Positions 1 to 13,334 are shown, numbered from the stretch's first letter. The stretch is 64,000 bases of DNA from Octopus bimaculoides (GCF_001194135.2 NC_068997.1:40091604-40155603), one strand, 5' to 3'. Translations and numbers: made by a program. Notes: a model not told the origin generated them from the sequence alone.

Positions 1-60
<60 letters not shown>
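1..60. repeat. (CA)n microsatellite
   Basis: Near-perfect CA dinucleotide run. Confidence 0.98.
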
Positions 61-61
<1 letters not shown>

Positions 62-300
62 TTTCAGTCACTTGACTACAGCCATGCTGGTGCATCACCT
101 TAAAGTTGTTTTTCTTTTTTGTTTACTGGAACTCATCGACCCTAGGACATGTGTTTAAAGCCTAGTATCTATTCTATCGGTCTCTTTCTGCCGAAGCGAT
201 AAGTTACGGGGACATAAACACACCAATACCAGTTGTCCAGCGGTGGTGGGGGACAAAACAGAGACACAGACACAAAGACGCACATACCTACATTCACTCA
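61..300 (-). mobile_element. SINE family A, 3' half
   Basis: Reverse complement matches the body and tail of the copies at 22800 and 59794 (gtccccgtaactta, accgatagaatag, ccagcatggctgtagtcaagtgactgaaaa). Confidence 0.85.
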
Positions 301-400
301 TATATACATATATATNNNNNNNNNNNNNNNNNNNNNNNNNNNNNNNNNNNNNNNNNNNNTATATATATATATACATTGGACAGTTTAGCCATATACATAC

Positions 401-454
<54 letters not shown>

Positions 455-1145
455 CTAAACTGTCCAATGGTTTCTTCTATTTTTGTAAACGCTGTTGCAC
501 TTTGATGTGAATTGGTTTTCGCTTTCATTCGGTCGGTAAAGAAGAGATCGTCTGATGCTGGCACAAATATTGTAAACTGTGGTTGTTAGATGAACAATTT
601 TTTGCAACCTAAACAGACATTTTAAAACAAAACATCGTTTTTATAATGTGAGCTCTTGAAGAAAATCACTTCTTCATCAGAAAAAAAAAAATGAATTTTC
701 TCGTGTGAGCAGACACATTCGAGACATCGAGAGCTCCTTGCACTCTGCTTCACCTGCTTTGTTAATCATTATATAAAAAGCATTTGCGAAAAAAAAAACA
801 TTCATAGAAAAAAGAAGACGGGGTGGAAATGACTTTTGTTTCAAAATGGCGATTATATAAAGATATAACTATAGTGTTAGATGGGATTATGTGCTCCCAA
901 ATTATTTTCTTCATGTATGTGTACATTTAACCAGCTACCCATCCACCCCTCCAGCCAGCCATCCAACCATCCATCCGTCCATCTAAACATTATTACATAC
1001 ACACATACACTCACACACGCACATACACACACACGTATATAAATATGTATTTATTTATGTATATATTATATATAAGTGTGTGTGCGTGTGTGCATGTGTA
1101 TCTAGATATATGTATTTATGTATATTTATACATGTGTATATTATA

Positions 1146-1185
<40 letters not shown>

Positions 1186-1979
1186 AAGACATGCAGACAG
1201 GCACGCACACATACCCAAGCTCACATACATGTACTTTAGTATACCTTCTTTAAAGTAGTTTTTGTAGTAATTTATTACCGCCTTTATTCTTGATTATTAA
1301 AGAACAAATCCTGAAAAATGTTGATTATTTTCGTTTTGTTGTTATCAGAAGTTCCCCTAACGAAAGATATGAATAAAATACTGAGTTGGAGAGGGGGTGT
1401 AGAGTGTAGCACCCTATACATATGTTTATTGATGAGAGAGCTTCCTTAGCAAACACAGTCATCATCGAATACACACGATTGCAAAAGAATTTCTATCGTG
1501 AATAGGAAAGAACACTGAAAAACAGAAAACGAACAATGTGAAATAAATAAGCAACTAGTCTGTATCTTGCGGAAACAGCGACATTGGAAAGGAAAAGATG
1601 TGCGTTTCTTTGAAAAATATAAATCAAACGCCCGAGGAAGCGAAGAAATAAAGAGAGCAGCTGTTAAATGAATAATTAAGAAGAAAACTCAGCAAAATAG
1701 CATTTGAAATTAAACAAGAGAAAATGTTTATCATTATTTTTGTTGAATATGAGTCGGATAAAATATATGTTGGCTGCGTGTCGGGAAAGAGAAAGAGAAA
1801 AAGGAGATATTGTCTAAATGCTCAGCAATATCACACCATTATGGAAGAAATCACCAAAACTTACGACATTAAACTAATTTATTTGCTTTATTTGCCTGGC
1901 TATTTAATGGATATTTCCGCCGCCACCTCCACCACTCCCTAACGCCTAATGACCAATAAATCATTCAGTAAAGATAAAG

Positions 1980-2038
1980 AATGACAAGAAAAACAACAAT
2001 ACAACTACAACAACGACAACAATTACAATAATAATAAT

Positions 2039-2071
<33 letters not shown>

Positions 2072-2358
2072 TACAAAAACAACAATGTAAAAATACATAA
2101 CCGACAACAAATAAGTAATTAAATTCGCGGGTAACAACAAGAGTAACAATATTAGCAATAACATTAACAGCAGCAGCAGCAGTAGTTGCAATGACAAGAA
2201 CAATAATAAAACAGATAATTATAATTAATAATAATAATAATAATAATACCAGCGGTTGAAGTGAATGTTGAGACAAGAGCCGCATGACCAGCATCAGCAG
2301 CAACATGAGCTGCATGACAAAACTACATCACAAACAATAACAACAACAACGACAGCAA

Positions 2359-2398
<40 letters not shown>

Positions 2399-2470
2399 GT
2401 CTATGTGCACGCGCGCGTGTGTGTGTGTTTGTGCGTGCATGTACGTATATATGCATGTTCGCATATATGT

Positions 2471-2501
<31 letters not shown>

Positions 2502-2697
2502 CATATATATATACACATATAATATATACAGACATATATATATATATAAATATATACATATGTATATATATAGGTTTACATATACATACATATACACATA
2601 TATATGTATGTATATACATATGTATGTGTGTATGTATACATATATACATATATATGTATGTATATACATACACACACACACATATATATATATATAT

Positions 2698-2776
<79 letters not shown>

Positions 2777-3230
2777 CGTGTGTGTATGTTTGTATGTATA
2801 TATATATATATGCATGTGGAAGCTCACTGGTAGTAGGAACTGGGAGAGGAGATATAGCAACTATAGCAACGGCAACAGCATCAGCAGCATCAACAGCATC
2901 ACAGTCTTCACTACCTTCGTCCTTCGTGAACAACAGGAACAGCGATGGCAGCAGCAGCAGCAGCGATAATGATATCATAGATGACAGAAATAGCAGCAAG
3001 TGGGGACAGTGATTAACTGACAATAGTGGGAGCAGGAACATGGACAACCCAACAAACAACAGCGGTAAAAGCAAAGAGAATAAAAAAGTAAGAAGACAGT
3101 GGAGTGACAATATCAACAATGGCAACAACAGGATAAACAGCAGCAACAAAAGCAAAGGGAAGAAGGACAAGAACAATTTCAACAATGCCATCATGACAAC
3201 AACAATTGACATTAAGAAAATCCGCAAACA
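1980..3230. repeat. Compound simple-repeat tract: (CAA/AAT/CAG)n, then (TG/TA/CA)n, then cryptic CAG/AAC repeats
   Basis: Directly visible; explains all overlapping low-complexity ORFs. Confidence 0.95.
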
Positions 3231-3999
3231 AAAATAACTGTTGTAGATACAGCAACGTAGCAGCGACCATTTACAGCAAAACAAATTATATATTAAAAGA
3301 AATAACAGTAACAAAAAGTTTAAACGAAACGGCTGTACAAACATCAACGAAAAGAAAGTCACCAAGAGAAAATGCTGCAATGACAACTACAAGAAGAACG
3401 AGATCAAGAAGACGAAACCTAGTACGCGTTCTGGTAATGTTCTTAAACAATGTGCCATCGAGCAGGATAAAATCATTAGATAAAGAATATAACGACATGC
3501 TGTTATATTGGACTAATTTGTAGTCTTCAATTGTACGTATAGTAATATCGTGTTGAAGCATGAATGAATAAGAGCCAGTTCAAACGCTGTGTAACACAAC
3601 TAACCTTTAACGCAATTCTGTAAACACTACACTGTTTATACACTATCAGATCTCTATATTTCACTGATATATATTTTATAAAACTGCGTAGAACAACCAG
3701 AGCCGTCTTGGCAGATCTATAAGTTCTGTTGCAAATCAATCATTGATATTTATTTGTTGACATCAAGCCATAACATAGATAGATTGGAATTGGTTCCCTA
3801 GGTCTGTGAAGCTCCTCCTCTGCCCACGCCCTAAGGCAAGACAAAATACAACGACAATGGCATTAACAATTACATTGAGTAACAAGGGAATGACTACTGT
3901 TCCCTTTAAACTTTACGTTTCTACCTGGACATCAATGCTTTGAATCTGACGTATTTTCCATTTCATTTCAGATAGATTCAGCGCTGAGTTGCTGAAACA

Positions 4000-4160
4000 G
4001 AAATATCGTTAGAGCAGATATTCTGCTCAGGACCACAAATTTGTTTGTCAGTTGTTTGACCTTAACCACTTGAGTATGTCCCTTAGTGGCTCGGCAATAT
4101 CTGCATCTCCGATCATGAGCAGGAGTAGAGGCGGAGCATCATAGCCATAAGAGTCGCGTT
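4000..4160 (+). mobile_element. Unclassified interspersed repeat family E, partial copy
   Basis: Reverse-complement match to 41880-42015 (gtcagttgtttgaccttaacca, atgtcccttagtggct, tgcatctc). Confidence 0.75.
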
Positions 4161-4516
4161 ACACTGTGTTATAATTTCAGAAACAAGAGAAATAATCAAA
4201 CCAATCGTGACAGAAACAATAAAATATACAGATTAAACTGTAAGAATTCATTCTCTTCATATCACTCTCAATATAACTACTTTTCATCCTCACATGCCCT
4301 TTTCCCTCTTTTTTTTTCCATATTTCGGGAATATCAGTGTTTAGCATAAACGTGCTTCGAGTAACAACATTTAAGCTATAGTTGGGGAACTTAGCCTCTA
4401 TTTAAGTAACTGGAATACATAAAAACGCAATTTTACACATCATCTGAACAGACCAATAGCTATCCCGTTGTACTGATGGGAAGAGGTGTATCTTTTTATA
4501 ATATTTGAACATCGCA

Positions 4517-4660
4517 AGGCGGCGCGCTGGCAGAAACGTTAAAATGCCGAGCGAAATGCTTAGTGGTATTTTGTCTGCCGTTGCGTTCTGAGTTCAAATT
4601 CCGCCGAGGTCGACTTTACCTTTGCCTTTCATCCTTTCGGGGCCCATAAATTAAGTATCT
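4517..4660 (+). mobile_element. SINE family B, 3'-truncated
   Basis: Head ggcggcgcgctggcagaa, Pol III B-box-like gagttcaaattcc, body gaggtcgacttt..catcctttcgggg. Confidence 0.88.
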
Positions 4661-5178
4661 AAAGATTAGATTTCGCTTTTTCACATGGCTATGGTCGACT
4701 TGAGGCTATGCTAAATAAAACTTGCCTAAAGGGGTAGTGTTAGTAAGATCGAACTTCACGCAACTTATTTACTTTTTAAACACACTATCATTCATTGTCA
4801 ACACTTGCATAAAAGTCAATAAGGAATATGTGTGCCCAGCCACCAGCTAGAAATAGAAGCTAAATTCTTCAGATCATAAGCCCCAGCGTCATAAACAGAA
4901 ACTTTACATGTAATCTTAGCTATGCAAAAACATGGGATGGCCAAGAAAAGAATGTGTATGGCCATAGGTACAAGTGATCAAAGCTGATGTTTTTCGAGGC
5001 AACAACGGAGAACGTATGTGTGTGTGTGTATGTGTGTGTGTATGTGTTTGTGCGTGTGTGTGAGTATCTATTAGTGAGTGTGTACGTGCGTGTTTCTATA
5101 ACTGTGTGCGTAAGCATGTTTACATGTACACTAACACATAAAGGCGCGCGCACACACATATTTATGTATGTATACACA

Positions 5179-5216
<38 letters not shown>

Positions 5217-5454
5217 TATATATATNNNNNNNNNNNNNNNNNNNNNNNNNNNNNNNNNNNNNNNNNNNNNNNNNNNNNNNNNNNNNNNNNNNNNNNNNNN
5301 NNNNNNNNNNNNNNNNNNNNNNNNNNNNNNNNNNNNNNNNNNNNNNNNNNNNNNNNNNNNNNNNNNNNNNNNNNNNNNNNNNNNNNNNNNNNNNNNNNNT
5401 ATATATGTACATATATATATAAATATATGTGTGTGTATGCATGTTAATAACACC

Positions 5455-5990
5455 TATAAGGAGGTGCTTTATCCATTCACCAAAGTGAATGGAGCCTTGG
5501 CCAGGAGGAACTGATGTCGTCAGACGGTATGCAACGTTCATCGGATGTTTCGACCCTCCCGTTGGTGGGTCAGCAGAGGTGGCCAAGTCACTGCTCCTCA
5601 ACTCCCCTTGGCTTCCAGCTTTACTCTTCTCTCTTACACTAAAGCCAGCAAGAGGCCCCTTACCTCTCATTCCAATTGCTCTAGCCATCCCCATGCCGAC
5701 TGAGGAGAGAATCCCTTACAGCCAACCTCAACTGGGAAAAGCCATACCTGTCATCCCTTCTCCCTGCAATCTTGCAGAAGGCTCTCATATCAGGCACGCT
5801 TCCGTTCATGGGCCTCATCACACCCCGCTTCCCACAGGACTGTTTGTTCAATTACGATAATTTTCTAGGCCTTTTCAGACCACAGGACCACATCTGGCCT
5901 CCGCGTTGTATGGACAGCCTGGGGAAACTGCAATGACTCCCCGAAGCCCACTTTCATATCCCGTAGTTGAGATTCTTGCAGTAAGCTATG
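5455..5990 (-). mobile_element. Decayed 3' end of an RLE-type non-LTR retrotransposon (HERO-like)
   Basis: Manual minus-strand translation gives SLQFPQAVHTTRRPDVVLWSEKA*KIIVIEQTVLWEAGCDEAHERKRA*YESLLQDCREKG*QVWLFPVEVGCKGF, a PD-(D/E)xK restriction-like endonuclease with stops, followed by a UTR-like stretch. Confidence 0.8.
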
Positions 5991-6095
5991 CATTGTTTTT
6001 GCTAAATTTACTGGTCTCTCACTCCCTCTTTCAGTGACTTAATTGCTGATGTTGCCTTCCTTTAGTGATGATGTTTGTTGCGCCTTTCTTGATTC

Positions 6096-6352
6096 AGGGT
6101 GTAGGCAATTGTTCAACACCCTCCAGGCAACCTTAGAGATCTACATGGTGTTGTGGAAGTTTTCAAGGAACGTCTGAGCAGGTTTCTGTCTGAGATACCA
6201 GATGAACTCACATCGCGGCAGGAGACGAAAAGAAGACCAGCTCCGTCCAACTCGCTACTTCACCAAAACCAATATCGTAAACAAAACCGAGTAGCCACAG
6301 GTGGTGCACCAGCATGAACTCAGCCCTGGGCTGAAACCAGTAAAAGGCAAAA
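6096..6352 (+). mobile_element. CR1/L2-group LINE 3' end, copy 1
   Basis: Translates (one frameshift) as QLFNTL..NLRDLHGVVEVFKERLSRFLSEIPDELTSRQETKRRPAPSNSLLHQ, then tail ggtgcaccagcatg..gctgaaaccagtaaaag; homologous to 8250-8512. Confidence 0.8.
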
Positions 6353-6366
6353 GATATATGTGTGCG

Positions 6367-6404
<38 letters not shown>

Positions 6405-7494
6405 GTAAATATACTTTCACACACATACATATATAAATATGCATGCATACATATATTTGTGTTGCACATGTGTGTGTGTATACACACACTTCTTCCATAT
6501 ATTTTTGTCTATTACATTCTCTGACAAGGTATATATGAGAAGAATTATTGAAACCAATGAAGAACTCTTTCTTTTTTTATTTTTGTCTATTTCGCCGCCT
6601 CTTCTTTTGTATTATCTTTTCTCACTTTTTCTCACTTTTCAAACTTAGCTTATCGTAATATATAAAGCAACTTATTTGCCGAACGCAAATACGAAATATA
6701 TAGATGAATATATATATGTATGAGTCTCTACGCCCACGCGTGTGAGTGTGTATATGTGTGAAATTATTTATATGTATGTATATATATATATGTAATAATT
6801 TTACATTGAAGTACACACCATGTAGTGTGCCTTTTAAAGTCCATTTAAAGCCTTCCCCAGTATTCGGCTACCTGATGTCATTTTTGTACGTGTGCATAAT
6901 TTTTCCCCCGTTTCTCTCTTATCAGTATCAGACTTAAAATGATTACTGGAGTCATTTTGACAAAAAGTTCAAAGTCGTATTTCAGCTTAGCCACAATTCA
7001 ATGACAGTAACAAGTTTTAAAATATATACCGTGTGTGATTGAGTGTGTGTGGGAGTGTATGTGTGTGTGTGAGTGTGTGTGTGAGTGTGTGTTTGTATGT
7101 GTATATGTGTGTGTGTATGAACGCATGCACGTATGCATAGATATGTGTGTACGTGGATATGTTTGTGTATATACATATAGATATACTTATATGATTACAT
7201 ATATGTGTTATTATGCATCTATATATGTATCCATGATTATTTAAAAGGAAAACACTGTTGTCTGTGAAGCTTAGAAATAGCTATTTAATAAATGAATTTT
7301 GATACAATAAGTGCTACAGTGAAATATGTACTTGGGTGATATTATCAACTTGACACCTTGAAGCCAGTGTCCCTCCAAAGTCGTATTCTAAATAGTGTAA
7401 ACAATAAAAAATATCAGAGTAATTAAATACCTTACATTTTTACGATAGGTGTTATTGACATGTTTCAATATATTTGGAGTTTACAAAACCGGAG

Positions 7495-7705
7495 AGAGAT
7501 GGCAGAATCGTGAGCATGCTGGGAAAAATGCTTAGCAGCATTTCGTCTATACGTTTTGAGTTCAAATTCTGTCGAGGTCGACTTTGCTGTTCATCCCTTC
7601 AGGGTCGTTAAAATAAGTCCCAGATGAGCACTGGGGTCGATGTAATCGTACTTAGCCCCCTGTCCCGAAATCGTTAATCTTGTGCCGAAAATTTGAAAAA
7701 TATTA
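7495..7705 (+). mobile_element. SINE family B, near full length
   Basis: Head, B box and ctggggtcgatgtaatcg tail module present. Confidence 0.88.
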
Positions 7706-7904
7706 GGATTTTACCTATTTTTTCGAAAATGTCTACAATTAACTATGTTGCAAACTTTGGAGAAAACTTGAAATGTAGATATTTAAACCTTTACCAAATT
7801 TATGTGGGTGTTCTACACATTTTACTTTAAATTAATTAACTTTTAACTAATTTTCTGTTTAGATATCTTCTATGCAAGATTTACACCGAGATTTATTACT
7901 TCAC

Positions 7905-8512
7905 AGATTTTATTAGACTACTGCTCCCAACTATGGTCACCGCATAGTATAAAATTAACGGTGGAACTCAAAGTAATCCAGCGTTGCTACACAAAGAAAA
8001 TCGTCTCAGTGTAACATGCCAGCTGCTGGAAGAAGGCTGAAAAGTTAAGACTCTATTCCCCAAAACGAAGGCGGGGAACACATGTATTGATATACATCTG
8101 GAAGATCCTCGAACGACTTGTACGAAACATTGACATTGAAAGTTACACAAACAGGAAAACAGGACGCCGCTGCATAGTAGCAAGGATCTCAACATCGTCA
8201 TTAAAATACAGGATCAGATACTGCAACAGTTTGGGTTTCAAGAACCCATAGCTCTTCAATATCTTTTTTAAATTCCTGAGAGATCTGCATGTTGTGGATG
8301 TAGGTGTCTTCAAAACAAAACTGGATCTCCTCCTGTTAAGGGTTCCCGATGAGCCTAGCTCACAGCAGGAAACAAAGATCAGGACAGCAGCATCAAACTC
8401 CTTCATTCACCAAATGCCACATATCACAGGAGATTTCAAATGATGAAGGAGTAACAAACCCAATGGAGGTGCCCCAGCATGGCCGAAGCTTTCGAGCTGA
8501 AACCAGTTAAAG
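7905..8512 (+). mobile_element. CR1/L2-group LINE 3' end, copy 2
   Basis: With frameshifts: YCSQLWSPHSIKLTVELKVIQR..RLKKLRLYS..IYIWKILE..YCNSLGFK..LFNI..LRDLHVVDVGVFKTKLDLLLLRVPDEPSSQQETKIRTAASNSFIHQM, the post-RT C-terminus typical of CR1-superfamily ORF2, followed by a 3' tail. Confidence 0.85.
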
Positions 8513-8649
8513 AGTTTTATATTTGTATAAAAATTATACATTTGATATAAATTTTTAGAATTATCATTTAGAAATGGGATTGTATTGAAGAATCGTATAT
8601 TGACTTTGGTCATTGTTGCTACCATTTTCCATTAATTTGACACTTATGC

Positions 8650-9435
8650 CCTGATATAATCAGTGGAATTATCGACACTGAACACTATCCTAATTTATAC
8701 AGATTATTTATCTCGCTTTGGGATATAATGGTCAGTTCACCAGTCTACTAATCAAATATCCAATACTCTTTTGGTTTTGAAGATCTCTGATTCTATAACT
8801 CTTGTGACCAGATATTAATTTCATCTCGTTTCACTTTCCCATTCCAAGAAGCCGAAAATGTAAACAAATATGTACATGACATATAGTAAGTTCTTGGTAA
8901 AGACAGATGTTCCTTTTTCTAACCATCTGAATGTTGGTTATTAAAAGATTTTTCTTTTTATTTATTGGTGGGGCATTCACAAATATGATTTTCCCCCAAA
9001 TCTTTCATTCCTAGGCTTCTGGCGACAGCGAAACAGAGAAATAATCTCTGACTATCTTCATAATCTCTCCAGAAACGATAAATTTAGAAAGTCTGTTTAA
9101 TCTGGTCTGTTTAATCTGATGTTATTGGAATGTTAAAATGCATAGCTGTTTGTATTAACTTCTTCCGCCTTCTTTCTTGCCGTAGTACAACGGGTATCCT
9201 TCAGTATTCTGTATCACGCTGTAAATAATATAGAAACCAAAGCACCCTCTAAGCGTCGTACGGTGAATATTTCTATCTTTATTCATCCCAAAACTGACTT
9301 TTACACCAAAATCGATTTTGTTTTTCAACTTTCTATGATCGATTGACTAATATGTGCTGAAACCTGTTGAAAGATTTTTATCGAACAGTGTTTATGGAAT
9401 GAAATTTCATCGAACGACGTTTTATCGAATTACCA
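8650..9435 (+). mobile_element. Possible highly decayed Mutator-like (MULE) transposon remnant
   Basis: 8910-9000 can be read across frameshifts as a TNNxLExW..HxxIW-like segment; repeated atcgaa motifs at 9385-9435 resemble terminal or subterminal repeats. Weak. Confidence 0.3.
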
Positions 9436-10479
9436 AAGGACGTTTCATGTTTTGTAAATATTTTGTAGATTTATTTTATCTTTAAAATAATGCTACTTGA
9501 GAACAGATAACTATTTCAGACCAGTCAAATGCAATTTGATCATTGACTGTCGGAAAAGTGACAAAATTAAGACATGACATATGTAGAACGATCAATCTGT
9601 GTTAAAATATATATGAATTTGCACATTTGTACATTTTTTATCATACAAAATTTTATCCGCGCAAACTCTCACACACACGCAAACGCACGCATGCAGGCAC
9701 ACACACACACACACACACACTGAATATAGACTCATTGATTAATCTATACAAATTTTAAAGTTGGTTACATGACTTTTTAATTAATTTTGGGGATGAAAAT
9801 TATATTTCTTAAATTAAGTTACATATTTAAATTTGTGTTCATCTTTCATTTAAAATGATTTTATTTTTAAACTTGTCCGAAAGATAACATTATGTCGCAA
9901 AATAATATATTCTTAAAATATCTGCGGACAGTAGCACATATTTTATATCATAAATTATTCTATATTTATAAGTATCCAATAACTGTAATTAGTTTGCAAA
10001 ATAATTCTTTAATAACCTTATTTTATGAAATTTGATTCAGTAAAACATTATTTTGTAAAAAAAATATCACTCGTTAGAAATCATTCCGTTAAAAAGTCCT
10101 TCGATAAATAGCTATGAGACAACGGAAAATTTTGGAAAAGCAATGGACCGAGGTCAGTTCACTGACCAACAAATCGTCAATTAAGAAAAGCCTTCTTTGT
10201 ACTGAAAAATATATCATGACAGTGCCTATACAATATAATAGCTTGATGTGAAGTAATTGCTGCATATTTCAGCCAGTTAGTCTGAACACTCTTATTTTAG
10301 AAATCTCTTTAATGTTCATTAAAGTATATTTTTGTTTTAGATATTTTACTGGAGTTTTGATAATAATTAACAATTTGCAATCAGGGAATATATTAACCGG
10401 TCAATTACCGGTAATTAATCTGCTAATCGGTGAATAGTTTTTTGGTAAATTAGTGCCGGAGAATTTTTCAGTATTCATA

Positions 10480-10935
10480 AAAATAAGTAATAGTCATATA
10501 TTATAATGATAAGTCAATCCAAATAATTATATCTCTTCTCAAAGAATATGTGAACTTATCTCACCGAGGAAAAGTACAGCAAAGATGAAAACAAACTTCT
10601 CAGATCATTTATAAAATAAACAGTACTGTTGATTAAATTAAGTGCATAATCGATTATATCGAACTAAGAAGTTACTTATTTTATTCTTGGAAGGACGAAT
10701 GGCAAAGCCGATTTTTGTTGCATTGGGATTCGGTTAGTACATCTCATAAAACTTTGGTGTTCATGACAGCTTGGGGTATAAATATTAATTTCTTATGTAC
10801 TACTAGAAAACGTATTTCTATAATAAAATAAAAATGTGAAGTCGTAGCAGATTTGTGGAGCAGCATAGTTGATGTAAGTGAAGTATCTTCAACTGCTTGC
10901 CCCAGCTTACAGATTCTGCACATTGACAACTATCT
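10480..10935 (-). mobile_element. Possible decayed BED-finger/hAT transposase fragment
   Basis: ORF 10744-10929 starts MCRICK..SLTSTMLLH (BED-finger-like CxxC..STxxMLxH); a 14-bp palindrome aattaccggtaatt lies nearby at 10403-10416. Weak. Confidence 0.3.
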
Positions 10936-12831
10936 AAAGCTCTTGATACTGCCCAAACGTAATTAAATATTATCTAAAGCAATCATTGCATCAATATTGA
11001 TTGACCTGGACTATTATAATATAAAAAAATGAATCAATGAAACAATTAACGCTCCAGAACATTTTAAAACATCTGCCTGGTGAGGACACTTATTACGTTT
11101 TTATTAAATGATATGACACTGGTAGTTCAATAAGCCAATCTGAATGATTAATTAAAACTGCGGCGTGGATTTTGTGTTGTATCAACCAGGCATACAAATT
11201 ACTAGTTTCTCTTTTCCAAACGACTACACAGAAATACAATCTACATAAAGAGGCAGTACTCATATCACTGTTAACTTGCTTTCCTCCCGGAACTCTGCAG
11301 TCTTTCGAGCCAGTTCTTATTTCGATTTTTACATGCATGTAACATAAAGTTGTCTCTGGAGATGATGACATTTATTTCAAGTTTATAAAGCAACTACAAT
11401 CCTTAGTGGTGAAATATATCAGCCCTCTTGGCAGTAGAATAGCACCCTACCTTTCCCTCAATTAGAATGGACACGGCTCACACGCTAGGGTTGAAGCAAC
11501 AAATTCTGTGGTGATACATGAACCGCTGTTCTCTTCGTTGCTTTCCCGGCGATCCGTCCATGTGATAGTTCATATTCTTAATATTTCTTACAGGAATTTA
11601 AAAATACAAAATAATCTGTTGTTATATAAAATCTATTCAAAACAAAAGCAAATGTTTAACCTCTATACACCCTACAAATATACAGACTTGATTTTCATAA
11701 ATCAGTTTCAGCTAACAACATTACTATATACAGATTTCCAGGCCCCCATCTTTTCATTATTCAGATTATATTCAACATTTTAATTAATACAATATTCTCT
11801 GAAATTATGTCTTTTCAAGACACACATTTTACTTATATCTTCCTCCGTCTTTAAATATGCCGAACTGTATTTCAAACAAAGCAATAACAGTTTTGTATTT
11901 ATTCACGGATATATTTATTTATTTATATGATTATTTCTTTTTTGTGTTCATATTATTCACTCATCCATTGACATATTTAGTTATTTTATCAGCAACGTAT
12001 TTTCATTAAGTCTCCTACTTCAGAAGTGTTGTTATTTCGATCAGTTTCTTCTAATTATATTTCCTTTAATCTAACTAGAAATAGTTGAAAATAATAATAT
12101 TTAGTTCTATCAACATCTATTGATATGTTTTAATGTATTTCTCATATTCAATGGTAAGATATTTTATCTATGTGTAGCTGATGCTTTTGTTATCTCTGTT
12201 GTGTAATACTGATTTATCTTCTTCTCTAACATTTATTTACATTTTATTTAAGATTTATGGATATTTCCATCCATTAGTGAGTGGTGATGCTAGGTTTTTA
12301 TCATTATTAATTACCTTTAATGATTGCATTTACCTGTTATATAGATATATTTTATTTTGCTTATTTTCAAATATCTAATCTTATAAACCTGTTGTTGATA
12401 TTTTTTTTATCAAGTCATTGTTTATATTGGTATCTGCTTATCATATCTATTAATTACGCCGTGTATATTTGTTTATATCTCATTCCATCTATATAACATT
12501 TAATCTCTCTCTCATTTATATAGTTTACATATTCCATGCATCTTTCGAAGATGCTGCAATTTTCTTGATAGAATATTTTATCTGAATTGAGTATCAGAAC
12601 CCATCGGATTCGGGGAACATTTCATCTAATGTAACTGAAGAAACATGACAGTAATCTATTTCTATAAAAGTTCTAATATTCTATGTAAAATACCATGTAT
12701 TTGATTCCATTAAAACTTTGGTGATTATCAAATTTCTCAGTTTATACTGAATAGTCATTAATAGTTTCCTCCAGCATAGAAAGAAAAATTAAGTGACTCA
12801 GAGAACTGTTTGCAATATTTGACTGTGAGTA

Positions 12832-13250
12832 GGGCGGTGAGCTGGCAGAATCGAAGGCGACCAACCGGCAGAATCGTTTAGTACACAAAGCAGTGAGCTG
12901 GCAGAATCGGTAGCACGCCAGGCAAAATGCTTAGCGGTATTTCATCCACTTTTACGTTTTGAGTTCAAATTCCGTCGAGGTTGACTTTCCTTTTCATCCT
13001 TTCGAGATCGAGAAAATAATTACCAGTTAAACGCTGGGGTCAATGAAATCGACATAGCCCACACCCAGAAATTACTGGCCTTGTGCGAAAATTCAAAATT
13101 GGTATTTGACCGTGAGTAAGGCGGCGAGCTGACAGAATCGTTAGTACGCCGGACAAAATAACAAGCGGTATTCCGTCCGTCTTTACGTTTTGAGTTCAAA
13201 TTCCGCCGAGATCGACTTTGCCTTTCATCCTTTCGGGGTCGAAATAAAAT
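12832..13250 (+). mobile_element. Head-to-tail pair of SINE family B (12832-13102 and 13119-13250)
   Basis: Two heads and two B boxes; a 16-bp flank is duplicated at 12816-12831 and 13103-13118. Confidence 0.9.
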
Positions 13251-13334
13251 TCAGCGGGAAGAACTTGCATCATTAGTAATGCTGCTGTTTCATTTGAAGT
13301 TGTTATTGTTTGGTTTAATATACATCGATTTATG

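Noticed and set aside
5500-5560. Hammerhead-like GAAAC..CTGACGA arrangement in the HERO-like 3' UTR (minus strand)
   Set aside because: Stem II cannot close (C opposite C), stem III lacks the UH cleavage triplet and stem I has only about 3 pairs.
11800-12780. AT-rich tract with fragmentary coding-like periodicity
   Set aside because: No recognisable motif in any frame I tried; might be a very old transposon but is unsupported.
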